A DNA stretch of 32,805 nucleotides from an uncultured Methanomassiliicoccales archaeon (GTDB lineage Archaea; Thermoplasmatota; Thermoplasmata; Methanomassiliicoccales; Methanomethylophilaceae). A model generated the notes under the pieces. The model had not been told where the DNA came from and did not search any database. It was given only the letters and a program-made list of their open reading frames with translations. Location of the stretch: the NCBI GenBank assembly GCA_964479785.1, contig CAYZSQ010000002.1, positions 1 to 32,805 on the forward strand, given 5' to 3'. This document shows positions 1-9,563 of this stretch, piece after piece; the stretch's first letter is position 1, and each line of letters starts with the position of its first letter. The position numbers were made by a program, and so were the translations under genes.

Positions 1-52
1 CAAGGCCCATGACGACGCGGTGATCTCGGAGAACATCGCGTTGATGCTCTGA
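1..52 (+). CDS. 3' end of an unidentified gene (partial)
   Basis: The frame from nt 2 reads KAHDDAVISENIALML-TGA(50-52) with host-like GC3 codons, followed by GC hairpins. Product not identifiable. Confidence 0.45.
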   Translation, partial: KAHDDAVISENIALML

Positions 53-65
53 TTCAGGAAGGGGA

Positions 66-110
66 GGGGGATGGTCCCCCGCTCGGTCCGATTCCGGGAC
101 GGCTCCCGGA
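66..110. terminator. Two GC-rich hairpins between convergent genes
   Basis: GGGGGA-TGG-TCCCCC (66-80) and TCCGGGA-CGGC-TCCCGGA (93-110) lie between the stops at 52 (+) and 115 (-). Confidence 0.35.
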
Positions 111-114
111 CGGG

Positions 115-1557
115 TCACTCCCACTCGGTGATCTTGGTCTTCTCGTTGCAGAGGTCGGCCACGACCTCGCGGTGGAACACAGGTTCCTCCACTCCCGCCT
201 TTATCTGTTCCTCATAGTCCTTCTTGGCCCGCAGGACGAATCTGCAGAGGTACAGCATCACTATCATGTTGACTATGCCCATGGCGGCCATGAACGTGTC
301 GCATATGGTCTCCATCTGTCCGGTGGATAGGATGCAGGCCATGAACGCCACCGCGATGATCAGGACGCGGACCGCGAAGACGACTATCTTCCTGTCCGAT
401 ATGAACCTGATGTTGGATTCGCTCATGATGTAGTACCCTATCAGGCTGGTGAAGGCGAACACCAGCAGGAACAGGGAGACTATCACGCTGCCCCATTCAC
501 CCATGAAGGTGCTCGAGGAGATGTTCTGGACCAGGCTGGCGTTCCCGACATCGGTCACACCGCCGTTGAACACATCGATGATCGTGTCGTAGGTGCCTGC
601 GCTCAGTATGACGAATGCTGTGAAGGAGCAGACGACGAGGGTGTCGACAAGCGTACCGAAGGATTGGATCATGCCCTGTTTGATGGGGTGCGCGACGTCC
701 GCGGTACCGGCGATGTTGGCTATGGAACCCAGACCGGCTTCGTTGGAGAACACCCCGCGCTTGAGACCGGCCATCATGACGGCTCCCAGTGCCCCTCCTC
801 CGAGGGCCTGGACGCCGAAGGCGTTCTCGAAGATCATCTGGATCGCGAGGACGACGCCGTCGATGTTGGTGCCGATGACGATGATGCAGAAGACGAACCA
901 GAGCAGGGCCATCACGGGGACGACCTTGGTGGAGAACCTGGCGATCCTCTTGACTCCGCCGAAGATGATGATCGCGGCGGCGATGGCGATGACGGCGCCG
1001 AAGATCTCCTTGTTGTCGGCGAAGCCGAAGGCCTCGGCCAGGGCTCCTGCGGAATTGGTGGCCTGAACGCCGACGAATCCGATTCCGAAGGTTACGACCG
1101 TCAGCAGTGCGAGCAGAACGGCCAGTGGACGGCTCCCGACTCCCTTGAGGGCGTAGTAGGCCGGACCGCTGTGGTACTGTCCGTCGGACTTCTTCTCCTT
1201 GAAGATCTGGGCGAGGGTGGATTCCATGTAGCTGCTGGCGGATCCGATTATGGCGAAGACCCACATCCAGAACACGGCCCCGGGACCGCCGACCACGATG
1301 GCGCTGGCCACACCGGCGATGTTCCCCACGCCCACATGGGCCCCCAGCCCTATGCAGAACGATTCGAACGATGACACGGTGCGTCTGTGGGTCCCTTCCT
1401 TGACCCCGGACAGCGACAGTTCGGAGGTCCTGCGGATCTTGAGGACGGGGGCCCCTTTCAGCAGTATCATGAACGATAAGCCGAGGCCCACAAGGAGCAC
1501 GAAGGCGATGTACCACACGTGCTCGTTGATGAAATCGAGGATCTCGATATCGGTCAC
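115..1557 (-). CDS. Alanine/glycine:cation symporter (AGCS/AlsT family)
   Basis: Motifs HVGVGNIAGVA, GGPGAVFWMW, GPAYY, KRGVFSNEAGLGS, DTLVVCSFTA. Start taken as GTG 1557 (GGAG upstream), because the ORF-track start at 1662 lies inside tRNA-Val. Confidence 0.93.
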   Translation of the reverse strand: MTDIEILDFINEHVWYIAFVLLVGLGLSFMILLKGAPVLKIRRTSELSLSGVKEGTHRRTVSSFESFCIGLGAHVGVGNIAGVASAIVVGGPGAVFWMWVFAIIGSASSYMESTLAQIFKEKKSDGQYHSGPAYYALKGVGSRPLAVLLALLTVVTFGIGFVGVQATNSAGALAEAFGFADNKEIFGAVIAIAAAIIIFGGVKRIARFSTKVVPVMALLWFVFCIIVIGTNIDGVVLAIQMIFENAFGVQALGGGALGAVMMAGLKRGVFSNEAGLGSIANIAGTADVAHPIKQGMIQSFGTLVDTLVVCSFTAFVILSAGTYDTIIDVFNGGVTDVGNASLVQNISSSTFMGEWGSVIVSLFLLVFAFTSLIGYYIMSESNIRFISDRKIVVFAVRVLIIAVAFMACILSTGQMETICDTFMAAMGIVNMIVMLYLCRFVLRAKKDYEEQIKAGVEEPVFHREVVADLCNEKTKITEWE

Positions 1558-1622
1558 GGTTTCAGCTCCGGAGTGACATGTAGGGATCGGTCGCTGTCGC
1601 AGTCGAACAGATGTAGAAGCGC

Positions 1623-1698
1623 TGGTGGGCCCGGCCGGATTTGAACCGGCGACCTCCGCCATGTCAAGGCGACGTCATAACCCCTAGACCACGAGCCC
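1623..1698 (-). tRNA. tRNA-Val(GAC)
   Basis: GGGCTCG...TCGCC-TTGACAT-GGCGG...GGTTCAAATCC...CGGGCCC-A-CCA. 76-nt cloverleaf with encoded CCA; AT-rich TATA-like element at about 1724-1737. Confidence 0.97.
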
Positions 1699-1925
1699 AG
1701 CATGGCGCATGATATTATTCCTATTCATATATCTTTTGGCACAGTCACGGCTTCTCACAGCCCACATCCGCCATACGAACACTTGCTGGCCAGGTATCGA
1801 GACGTATCGCCGGGTCCGAGGACACATCGCCTGCAATCGATGCTTTCACAGGGGATCGCTTCATGCACGGTGTTCGGTGCGGACCGCTCAGACTCTTCTT
1901 ATAGGGCCTGGACCATGGGACCAGC

Positions 1926-2909
1926 ATGCTCACGCTGGGTATCGAGGGTACCGCCCACACGCTGGGAGTCGGGATCGTGGACGATGACTGCAACGTCCTC
2001 GCCAACGAGCTGGACATGTTCCGTCCCAAGGACGGGGGCCTCCATCCCAGGGAGGCGGCCAATCACCATTCGGAGGTGGTCACCGCCGTCGTGAGGGGCG
2101 CCCTCGACAGGGCGGGGGTCGACATCCACGACATCGGCCTGATATCCTTCTCCATGGGGCCGGGCCTGGGGCCCTGCCTCAGGGTGGCCGCCACCGCCGC
2201 CAGGGCGCTGTCGTGCTCGCTGGGGGTGCCCATAGTGGGCGTGAACCACTGCGTCGCCCACGTGGAGATCGGGAGGGCCCAGTGCGGCTGCGGGGACCCG
2301 GCTCTGCTGTACGCCTCCGGCGGGAACACCCAGGTGATCGCATTCGCGGAGGGCCGCTACAGGATCTTCGGCGAGACCCAGGACATCGGCGTCGGGAACA
2401 TGCTGGACAAGCTCGGGAGGGAGCTGGGCATGGGGTTCTACGCCGGACCGGTGTTCGAGAGGCTGGCGAAGGAGGGCGACAGGTACTATGAGCTCCCGTA
2501 CTCGGTGAAGGGCATGGACGTGGCGTTCTCGGGGCTGATGACCGCGGCCGTGGCGCTCCACAGGAAGGGCGTGCCGCTGGAGGACATAGCGCTCTCGGTC
2601 CAGGAGACCGCGTTCGCGATGCTCACGGAGGTCACGGAGAGGGCCATGGCGCACATCGGGAAGGACGAGGTCCTCCTCGGAGGGGGCGTCGCCCAGAACA
2701 ACCGCCTGAGGGACATGGTGGCCGACATGGCCCACGCCCGCGGTGCGGAGATGTACGTGCCGGACCGCAGGTACTGCATGGACAACGGCGCGATGATAGC
2801 CTGGCTGGGGGCGGAGATGCACAACTCCGGCGTCCGCATGGACATCTCGGAGACCACCGTCAGGCAGAGGTTCCGGACCGACGAGGTCGACGTCACCTGG
2901 CGGAGCCGA
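1926..2909 (+). CDS. kae1: tRNA N6-threonylcarbamoyladenosine synthase Kae1 (KEOPS), stand-alone
   Basis: LGIEGTAHT, GGLHPREAANHH, GPGLGPCL, VNHCVAHVEIG, SGGNTQ, DNGAMIAW, and C-terminal RQRFRTDEVDVTW. Ends at CGA 2907-2909 (327 aa); the standard-code ORF runs to 3101. Confidence 0.95.
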
Positions 2910-4242
2910 TCTTCTGCTCGCCCACGATCCTGTCGAGGTTGGCCAGGAACTCGTCCACCCTGTCCAGGGGCACGGACCCTCCGGCCGCGATCCTGTGGCC
3001 GCCTCCCTGGCCGCCCACCGATGCGCAGGCCTCGCGCATGGCCTTGGCCAGGTCGATGCCCCTCTCCAGCTGGCAGAACATCCCCCTGGATGAGAGGTTG
3101 ACGGGGTCGCTGGACTTGTTCATACCGATGGTCGGCTTCTCATGGTCCCCGATCGACTGCATGGCGATGCCGCACAGCATGCCGGTGAACCCGGAGTCGG
3201 TGGAGTCGAACCACTGGATGTGTTCCATCTGGTTGAGCCCCCTCCCGTCGAGGTCGACCATGCTCTCCACGACGAGCTTCGCGGAGGCCCTGCTCTGCTC
3301 GGCACCCTCGTTGATGCACCTCTCGTCCCCCATGCCTGCCGCGATGCCCACCCCGCCGATGCCGGAGCGGCCGCAGTTGTTCAGGATCCCGGAGAGGTAC
3401 TCGGCGTCCATGTTCATCCCCTTGAGGAGGTACCTGTCCCGGGCGACCTCCTCCATGGAGGAGAGCAGCATCCCCTGCTGGGTGAGCCTCACGGCTATGA
3501 GCGAAGACAGCCTCCGGCGCTGCTCGTCGTCCAGGTCCATGAACGATTTGCCGTTCTCGACGCCCGCGTCGGACATCAGCCTGGCGACGCCGTCCACGTT
3601 CCCGCTGACCCCGCGTATGTAGGGGTCGGTGCAGAGGAAGAGCTCGGTCATCAGGTCGCCGGCGGGGATGAGCGAGCCGGGGATCCTCTCGATGTACCCG
3701 CGCCTGCTGCCCTCCTCCAGGAGGTGGACGTTCAGCCCGGAGAGGCCGTTGATGTGCTGCCTGTCGCCGGCGATCCCGGCGAAGGCGATCTGCACCAGGT
3801 CCCAGTTGCGCTCGTCCATGGCCACGGCGAACAGGAGGCACATGGTGGCGCCGCATCCCGAGGTCATCCCGTCGATGCCGTACAGGTGGGGGTTGGCGTA
3901 GCATACCCTCTCGGCATCGGAGATCACGGTGTGGTGGTCCAGGACCACCACGTCCCGGTCCATGGCGTCCAGCTGGTCGATGTAGGACGCGCCGAGGTCG
4001 GAGAGGATGATGCAGTCCGCTTTGGTGTTGCGGATGACGTCCATGTTGTAGTCGTTCAGGGTGGTGAACAGGGTCACGCGGAACTCCTTGCCGGCCCTCA
4101 TGAGGGTCTTGGCGAGGATGGCCGCGGAGGACACGCCGTCCGCATCGTAGTGTGAGAATACTTGGATGAACCCATGTCCGCGGACGATCTCCGCGGCATG
4201 AGAAAGGGTGGAAAGGAGTTTTGAAGGTACCCTGTCCTCCAT
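2893..4242 (-). CDS. DHH-family phosphoesterase / RecJ-like protein with DHHA1 domain
   Basis: HYDADG, SDLG, LDHH and GGGHRIAAGG motifs. Directly downstream of rps15, a conserved archaeal arrangement. ATG at 4242. Confidence 0.9.
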   Translation of the reverse strand: MEDRVPSKLLSTLSHAAEIVRGHGFIQVFSHYDADGVSSAAILAKTLMRAGKEFRVTLFTTLNDYNMDVIRNTKADCIILSDLGASYIDQLDAMDRDVVVLDHHTVISDAERVCYANPHLYGIDGMTSGCGATMCLLFAVAMDERNWDLVQIAFAGIAGDRQHINGLSGLNVHLLEEGSRRGYIERIPGSLIPAGDLMTELFLCTDPYIRGVSGNVDGVARLMSDAGVENGKSFMDLDDEQRRRLSSLIAVRLTQQGMLLSSMEEVARDRYLLKGMNMDAEYLSGILNNCGRSGIGGVGIAAGMGDERCINEGAEQSRASAKLVVESMVDLDGRGLNQMEHIQWFDSTDSGFTGMLCGIAMQSIGDHEKPTIGMNKSSDPVNLSSRGMFCQLERGIDLAKAMREACASVGGQGGGHRIAAGGSVPLDRVDEFLANLDRIVGEQKIGSAR

Positions 4243-4247
4243 GGGAC

Positions 4248-4703
4248 TCACTTGAGCATGAGCTCCGCGTTGCTGAGACTGTACTTCCAGTCTGCGGGAA
4301 GGACGCCGTTCCTCTTGTAGTAGCGCTCGAGCCTCCTGATCTTCGCCTCGATCATGTTGAGGCCCCTCTTGTTGGAGACGTCTCCCCTGTTGTCCCTGAG
4401 GTGGACGTTCAGGTCGATGGCGCGCCTCATGAGGTTGGCCAGGTCCTCGGGGAGGGATCCTGCGACTCCCTTCTCCTCCATGATCTGGGTGATGGTCTTG
4501 CCGGTGGCGAGCTTGACGTTGGGGACGCCGTACTGGTCCCTGAGCACGAGCCCGATCCTGGCGGAGATCATTCCGTCCTTCGCGAGTCTCACGATGATGT
4601 CCTCTATCTCGGTGGCGTTGAGAGGAACCCATGCGGGATTCTCGGAAATCATGGGGCGTTTGGAGCAGGATTTGCCCTTCCTTCTTGTGTGCATTCTTGC
4701 CAT
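4248..4703 (-). CDS. rps15: 30S ribosomal protein uS15 (S15/S13e)
   Basis: MARMHTRRKGKSCSKRP...IGLVLRDQYGVP...LPEDL...EAKIRRLERYYK...WKY. GGAGG RBS; TTTTAAATA box at about 4764-4772. Confidence 0.97.
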   Translation of the reverse strand: MARMHTRRKGKSCSKRPMISENPAWVPLNATEIEDIIVRLAKDGMISARIGLVLRDQYGVPNVKLATGKTITQIMEEKGVAGSLPEDLANLMRRAIDLNVHLRDNRGDVSNKRGLNMIEAKIRRLERYYKRNGVLPADWKYSLSNAELMLK

Positions 4704-4801
4704 AGTCTGATCCTCCGAATCATATCCTAGGCGGCGAGGCTGATGCTTGCGATGGAGAAGCACTATTTAAAACGTGTCTCTGCGCGCTCTTATAGGGGCC
4801 A

Positions 4802-5176
4802 TCGCGGGGACCGGGAGGTCCCCTCCGCATGGCGTCTGACCGCCTCCCTGGCCCAGGGGACGGTGTCCTCGTACTCCCGGCGGTCGAAGGATAGTTCCTC
4901 CGGCAGCTCCGAGAAGAGCTCCGACCTCATCTCGCACCGGCCGGGCACCCGCTCCCCGAGCACCGCCGCGCAGACGTCGCATTGGCCGATGTCCCTGGTC
5001 CCCACGATCCGAATGCGGTAGCCCGCCTCCTCCGCGAACTCCCGGACGCAGGCCTCCTCCGGGGTCTCCCCGTCCTCCACGTGCCCGCCGGGCATCTCCC
5101 AGCCCTCGCGACCCATGTGCCAGACCATCAGGAAGCGGTCGCCGTCGAAGGCCACTGCGTAGGCGGTCCTCGGCAT
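4802..5176 (-). CDS. NUDIX hydrolase
   Basis: Nudix box GGHVEDGETPEEACVREFAEEAG. First CGA at 4802-4804; standard-code stop TAA at 4790. Confidence 0.88.
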
Positions 5177-5835
5177 CGGGCCCTCCTGAACACGATCATC
5201 CTGTGGGCCTTCTCGTAGGGCTCCAGCGAGCGGGAGTCCAGGATCCTGAAGCCCCTCTCGCGGATGCGGTCCTCGGCCTCCCTGAAGATGACGTCCGGGG
5301 TGGCGGTGACGTCCTCGGACCGGGCCTTGACTGCGACCATCCCCTGCTCCGCCTCGAAGGCGTCCATGTTGTCGCAGACGATGTCGGCCTGCCTCTTCTG
5401 GGCCACGTCCTGGTACACTATGTCCACGGAGTCCACGAACACCGAGTACCCCGTGGGTCTGGTGGCGTCACCCAGTATGGGGATCATGCCGGGCCGGTCC
5501 TCGCAGGTCCTCACCAGGTCCCTGAACATCCTCTGGGCGAACTCCACGCAGAACACCCTGCCGTCGGAGCAGATGTCGGCCACATGGGATGCGGTGGTGC
5601 CGCTGGACGCCCCCAGGTAGAGGACGTTGGTCCTCCTGCGGAAGGGGAACGACGTGCCGCCGACGGCTATGTACGCGCCGAGCTTGCTCCTGCGGGGGTC
5701 CCATTCCCTGAGCTCCATCCCGCCGGAGCGGACCAGCCTCTCCCCGTAGACCCTTCTGCCGGGACATGCGGATTCGGTGTAGATCCTGCCCCTCTCCGAG
5801 AACACCCTGCCGTCGGAGAACTCCAAGGCTTCCAT
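5176..5835 (-). CDS. flpA: Fibrillarin-like rRNA/tRNA 2'-O-methyltransferase
   Basis: VYGERL, REWDPRRSKLGA, VLYLGASSGTTASHVAD, ILGDATRP, DIVYQDVAQ, VKARSEDVT, LEPYEKAH. Ends at CGA 5176-5178 (219 aa), overlapping the NUDIX ATG; standard-code end 5128. Confidence 0.95.
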
Positions 5836-5977
5836 GCATCCTGAATCCGGTACGCTGTATTTGGTCCTCTCCCAGTGCGTGGGCGGCGATCCCATGGGCG
5901 GACGCATCGGGAAACGACTCGGTCCCCCGCGTCTTTCCGGGTGCCTGTATTTAATTGGGGAACGCATCCCCGTGGAC

Positions 5978-7585
5978 ATGATCACGATGGAGACCCTCTC
6001 GGGCATCGCCGACGCCATACAGGCAGCGGTGGCCAGGATCCCGGACTCCGGATGCAGGGGCGAGACCGTGTGCATGGGCGCCGACGGCACGCCCACCTCG
6101 CAGATCGACAAGGTCGCCGAGAACGCCGCCCTCATGCACATCCAGCTCAACGGCATCCCGCTGAACGTCCTCAGCGAGGAGGTCGGGCTGGTGGACAACG
6201 GGTACGAGGAGACCCTGGTCATGGACCCCATCGACGGGACCACCAACGCGATCGCCGGCATCCCGTACTACACGATCTCCCTGGCCGTGGGCAGGTCGTC
6301 GCTGTCGGACATCCGCCTGGGTCTCCTGAGGAACCCCGTCACCGGCGACGAGTACACCGCCGAGAAGGGAAAGGGCGCATACAAGAACGGTCGCAGGATC
6401 CACGTCCGCAGGGCGGACCTGGACGACCTGTTCATAATGATCTACATGGGCAACGGGGCCCACCGCGACGCGTTCAGGGTGGCCAAGAGGGTCAGGTCCT
6501 CCCGCTCCCTGGGATGCGCGTCCCTGGAGATGGCCATCGTCGGGGAGGGGGAGGCCGACGGCTTCCTGATCAAGGCCGAGAACTACACCCGCGCCACCAG
6601 GATCGTGGACATCGCCGCCAGCACGATCATCCTCAGGGAGGCCGGCGGGGAGGTCTACGACCTGGACGGCAACGTGCTGGACATGCCCTTCGACATCGGC
6701 AACAGGTCCAATCTCCTGGCCTTCGGGGACAAGAGGGTCTACGACCTCATCGTGAGGCACAGGGACTCCCGCAGGGAGCACAGGTACGGCATCTACACCA
6801 ACGCCCAGATCGGGCACGCCGAGGAATACACCCGGCAGGTCATGGAGGCCCTCGGAGACAACAGGTACTATGTGGACACCGAGATCGCCCAGGTCATGGG
6901 GGTCCCGGGGACCCCGCTGGCGGAGATGGACGTGGACACGGTCATCGTCGTGGGCGGGGACGGCACCCTGCTGAGGGCGCTGCAGCAGACCGACGCCAAG
7001 GTCATCGGCATAAACGGTGGGAGCGTGGGGTTCCTGGCGGAGATCGACCACGACCACATCCGCGAGGGCGTCGACCGCCTGCTGGCGGAGGACTACATCG
7101 TGGAGACCAGGTTCAGGCTGAACTGCTGGTACAACGGGGAGTATCTGCCGGATGCCGTCAACGAGGCCGTGGTCCACACGGCGTCTGTGGCCAAGATCCG
7201 CCACTTCAGGGTGTACGTGGACGACGTCCTGGCGTCCGAGCTCAGGGCCGACGGGGTGATCATATCCACCCCCACCGGCTCCACCTGCTACGCCATGAGC
7301 CTGGGGGCCCCGTACATGGACCCGAAGGTGAAGGCCCTCATGGTGGTGCCGATGGCCGCGTACAAGTTCAACTCCCGCCCGTTCGTGGTGCCCGCCACAT
7401 CGAAGATCACGGTGGAGAGCGTCATGGACAAGGAGTGCCTCATCGTCGTCGATGGCCAGAGCGAGCACGTCATGGACGGATGCTCGAAGGTGGAGTTCAT
7501 GCTCTCCGACAGGCCCGCCAGGTTCATCCGCTTCAACACCGACTTCTACTCCCGCGTCAGGGACAAACTGGTGAACACGCTATGA
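5978..7585 (+). CDS. nadK: Bifunctional NADP phosphatase (IMPase-like) / NAD kinase fusion (MJ0917-like)
   Basis: N-terminal IMPase motifs GADGTPT, SEE, DPIDGTTNA, RIVDIAA. C-terminal NADK motifs GGDGTLL, GFLAE, NE, DGVIISTPTGSTCYAMSLG. TATTTAATT box at about 5948-5956. Confidence 0.92.
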   Translation: MITMETLSGIADAIQAAVARIPDSGCRGETVCMGADGTPTSQIDKVAENAALMHIQLNGIPLNVLSEEVGLVDNGYEETLVMDPIDGTTNAIAGIPYYTISLAVGRSSLSDIRLGLLRNPVTGDEYTAEKGKGAYKNGRRIHVRRADLDDLFIMIYMGNGAHRDAFRVAKRVRSSRSLGCASLEMAIVGEGEADGFLIKAENYTRATRIVDIAASTIILREAGGEVYDLDGNVLDMPFDIGNRSNLLAFGDKRVYDLIVRHRDSRREHRYGIYTNAQIGHAEEYTRQVMEALGDNRYYVDTEIAQVMGVPGTPLAEMDVDTVIVVGGDGTLLRALQQTDAKVIGINGGSVGFLAEIDHDHIREGVDRLLAEDYIVETRFRLNCWYNGEYLPDAVNEAVVHTASVAKIRHFRVYVDDVLASELRADGVIISTPTGSTCYAMSLGAPYMDPKVKALMVVPMAAYKFNSRPFVVPATSKITVESVMDKECLIVVDGQSEHVMDGCSKVEFMLSDRPARFIRFNTDFYSRVRDKLVNTL

Positions 7586-7956
7586 GGAAGATCTACGCCG
7601 TGGACATCGACTTCATCGACGCCTTCAACGAGGCCGCCCGCTCCACGTACCCGGACGAGTTCCTGTGCATGCACAGGCAGATCGACGGCGTGGTGTCGGA
7701 GATGATGATGCTCCCGGGCACGGTGTTCGGGGACAGCCACAGCTTCCTCAACCAGTGGATGGAGCCCATAGACTTCAGCATAGCCGGCTCCGCCCACTCC
7801 CATCCCGGGTACTCCAACCTCCCGTCGGAGCAGGACAGGGAGTTCTTCAGCAACACGGGCGGGGTCCACTTCATAACCTGCCAGCCCTACGACAGGACCA
7901 GCTGGAGGGCGTACAACTCCAGGGGCGAGCAGGTGGATCTGGAGGTCATCCTCCGA
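7582..7956 (+). CDS. JAB/MPN+ (JAMM) metalloprotease
   Basis: YPDEF...AHSHP...PSEQD JAMM motif; ATGA overlap with the upstream gene. Ends at CGA 7954-7956 (124 aa); the standard code runs to 8229. Confidence 0.88.
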
Positions 7957-7958
7957 GG

Positions 7959-9314
7959 TCATTGGCCCCTCATGCAGGAGCGGACCATGCCCTCGACCAT
8001 CTCCATGAGGCCGATGAGGTACGCGCGGTCCCTCGACTCCCCCGTGATCTCCACACGGGGCTCGGGCCCCTTGACCAGCCTGACCAGGAACCATCCGCTG
8101 TCCAGGTCCACCCGCCAGGCGTCCCTCTTCGAGAGGACGTCGCCGTCCAGGTCCTCCAGCGAATCCTCGAGGGCGCGGATGAAGCTTTCAGGGGAGCACT
8201 CGCAGGCCAGGGTCGCGGAGTCCCGGTGACAGACGGGTAGGCCGTTGGCGATGTGGTTCAGGCTGTTCGACCCGGCGAGCCCGGTGATGACGGCCGCCGC
8301 CATGATCCCGTCGGGCATGACGCTGGTGTTCCCGAAGATTATCCCGCCGTCGTAGTAGCCCAGCTCCGCGCCCGCCGCCACCTCCCTGCAGACCGCCCCG
8401 ACGCTCATCTCGGTCATGATCATGGACGTCTCCGAGGGTGCGTCCCTACCGGGTCCCTCCAGGAGACTGTCGAGCCTCCCCTCCAGGGCGTCCCTCACCA
8501 GCGACGACGTGTCCATGGGCACGGCGATGCTGGCCGGCCTGAGGTACATGACGATGATGGTGAACACCTGCTCCGGGGTCAGGGTCTCGCCGTTCTCGTC
8601 CAGGAGGGCCAACATGGTCCCGATCTTGTTCATGGAGATTCCGATGAACCCGGGGTTGGACTCCACCAGCATACTGACCGCCGTTGTGCTCAGCCCCACC
8701 TCGTCCATGTCGTCCACGACGTAATCGGGATCGTCCTGGGCGTTCACGGACAGGACCGCGACGCCCATGGAGTTGAGGGTCCTGGACGCGGGCGTCGAGC
8801 ACGGCCCGCACCCGCAGTCCAGCACGACGGAGCATCCCGACCCGTCCGGCACAAGCTCCCCGATCCTCCTGATGTACTCCTCCTCGGCGCCGTGGTGTCT
8901 GAGCACATGACCCAGATTCCCGGATTCCGGCGGCTCAGGGGGGTCAATGAACACCTTCTCCAGATGCCTTATCTGCTCCTTCCGGAACAGGCTCCCGTCG
9001 GGATTGATCAGGAGGTAGCCGCTGGTCATCCCGTACCCGCGGTACTCGGTGACGTACACCGCGCAGTCCCCCTTGGAGGCTGAGAGGCCCAGGGCGGGGC
9101 AGCTGGTCACCCCGAGGTCCATGACGTCCACGCCGGCCGACAGCAGTCCTGCGACCAGTGCCTCCTTCATCATGGCACTGCTCCTCATCAGGTCCCTTGC
9201 CACCACGACCGTGCGGTAGTCCATGGAGAGGGCGCGTCCGAGGACGATCCCCATGTCGGGTCTCATGTCCTCCGTGGATGACGATCTGAGGAGTATCCTG
9301 TCTTCCTGGGGCAT
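7959..9314 (-). CDS. Phosphohexomutase (PMM/GlmM)-fold protein with degenerate active site
   Basis: Family-like segments VVVARD, ALVAGLLSAGVDVMDLG, VVLDCGCG, DGIMAA, GWFLVR, EPRVEITGES. Lacks the TASHNP and DxDxDR motifs. Start is 9314 or 9341. Confidence 0.8.
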   Translation of the reverse strand: MPQEDRILLRSSSTEDMRPDMGIVLGRALSMDYRTVVVARDLMRSSAMMKEALVAGLLSAGVDVMDLGVTSCPALGLSASKGDCAVYVTEYRGYGMTSGYLLINPDGSLFRKEQIRHLEKVFIDPPEPPESGNLGHVLRHHGAEEEYIRRIGELVPDGSGCSVVLDCGCGPCSTPASRTLNSMGVAVLSVNAQDDPDYVVDDMDEVGLSTTAVSMLVESNPGFIGISMNKIGTMLALLDENGETLTPEQVFTIIVMYLRPASIAVPMDTSSLVRDALEGRLDSLLEGPGRDAPSETSMIMTEMSVGAVCREVAAGAELGYYDGGIIFGNTSVMPDGIMAAAVITGLAGSNSLNHIANGLPVCHRDSATLACECSPESFIRALEDSLEDLDGDVLSKRDAWRVDLDSGWFLVRLVKGPEPRVEITGESRDRAYLIGLMEMVEGMVRSCMRGQ

Positions 9315-9563
9315 GCGGGTCGCTAGCAGAACTCCGTTCATATCGGTTTTGGTCCGTCGGACGCCAGGATGGGTGACGGTTCGGACCCCTTCGGAAGTGC
9401 CAGAATCGCGATCGTCCCCATGGTCGAGGCCGGGGGACGTCTGGGTATCTCCGCGGGCGTAAACGTGTCGGGACGGAGCCAGATATTCGACGTTTTATAA
9501 ATCAACTTTAAATACATTGCATATCGATTACTTTCACCGCAAACAGGGGTGCTTAACATAGTC

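Noticed and set aside
1558-1662. N-terminal extension of the amino-acid symporter
   Set aside because: It overlaps tRNA-Val; a GTG with an RBS at 1557 is the plausible start.
1741-1895. Unexplained ~150-nt spacer between the tRNA-Val and kae1 promoters
   Set aside because: No credible ORF, repeat or stable structure seen by eye.
2910-3101. Kae1 C-terminal extension as a remnant of a Kae1-Bud32 fusion
   Set aside because: No kinase motifs; the tail is simply the antisense of the DHH gene.
4704-4745. Possible S15 autoregulatory leader
   Set aside because: The leader is short and I could not identify a convincing structure; it would need a covariance-model search.
5836-5945. Possible C/D-box sRNA next to fibrillarin
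   Set aside because: No convincing RUGAUGA/CUGA box pair on either strand; the region is explained as a divergent promoter.
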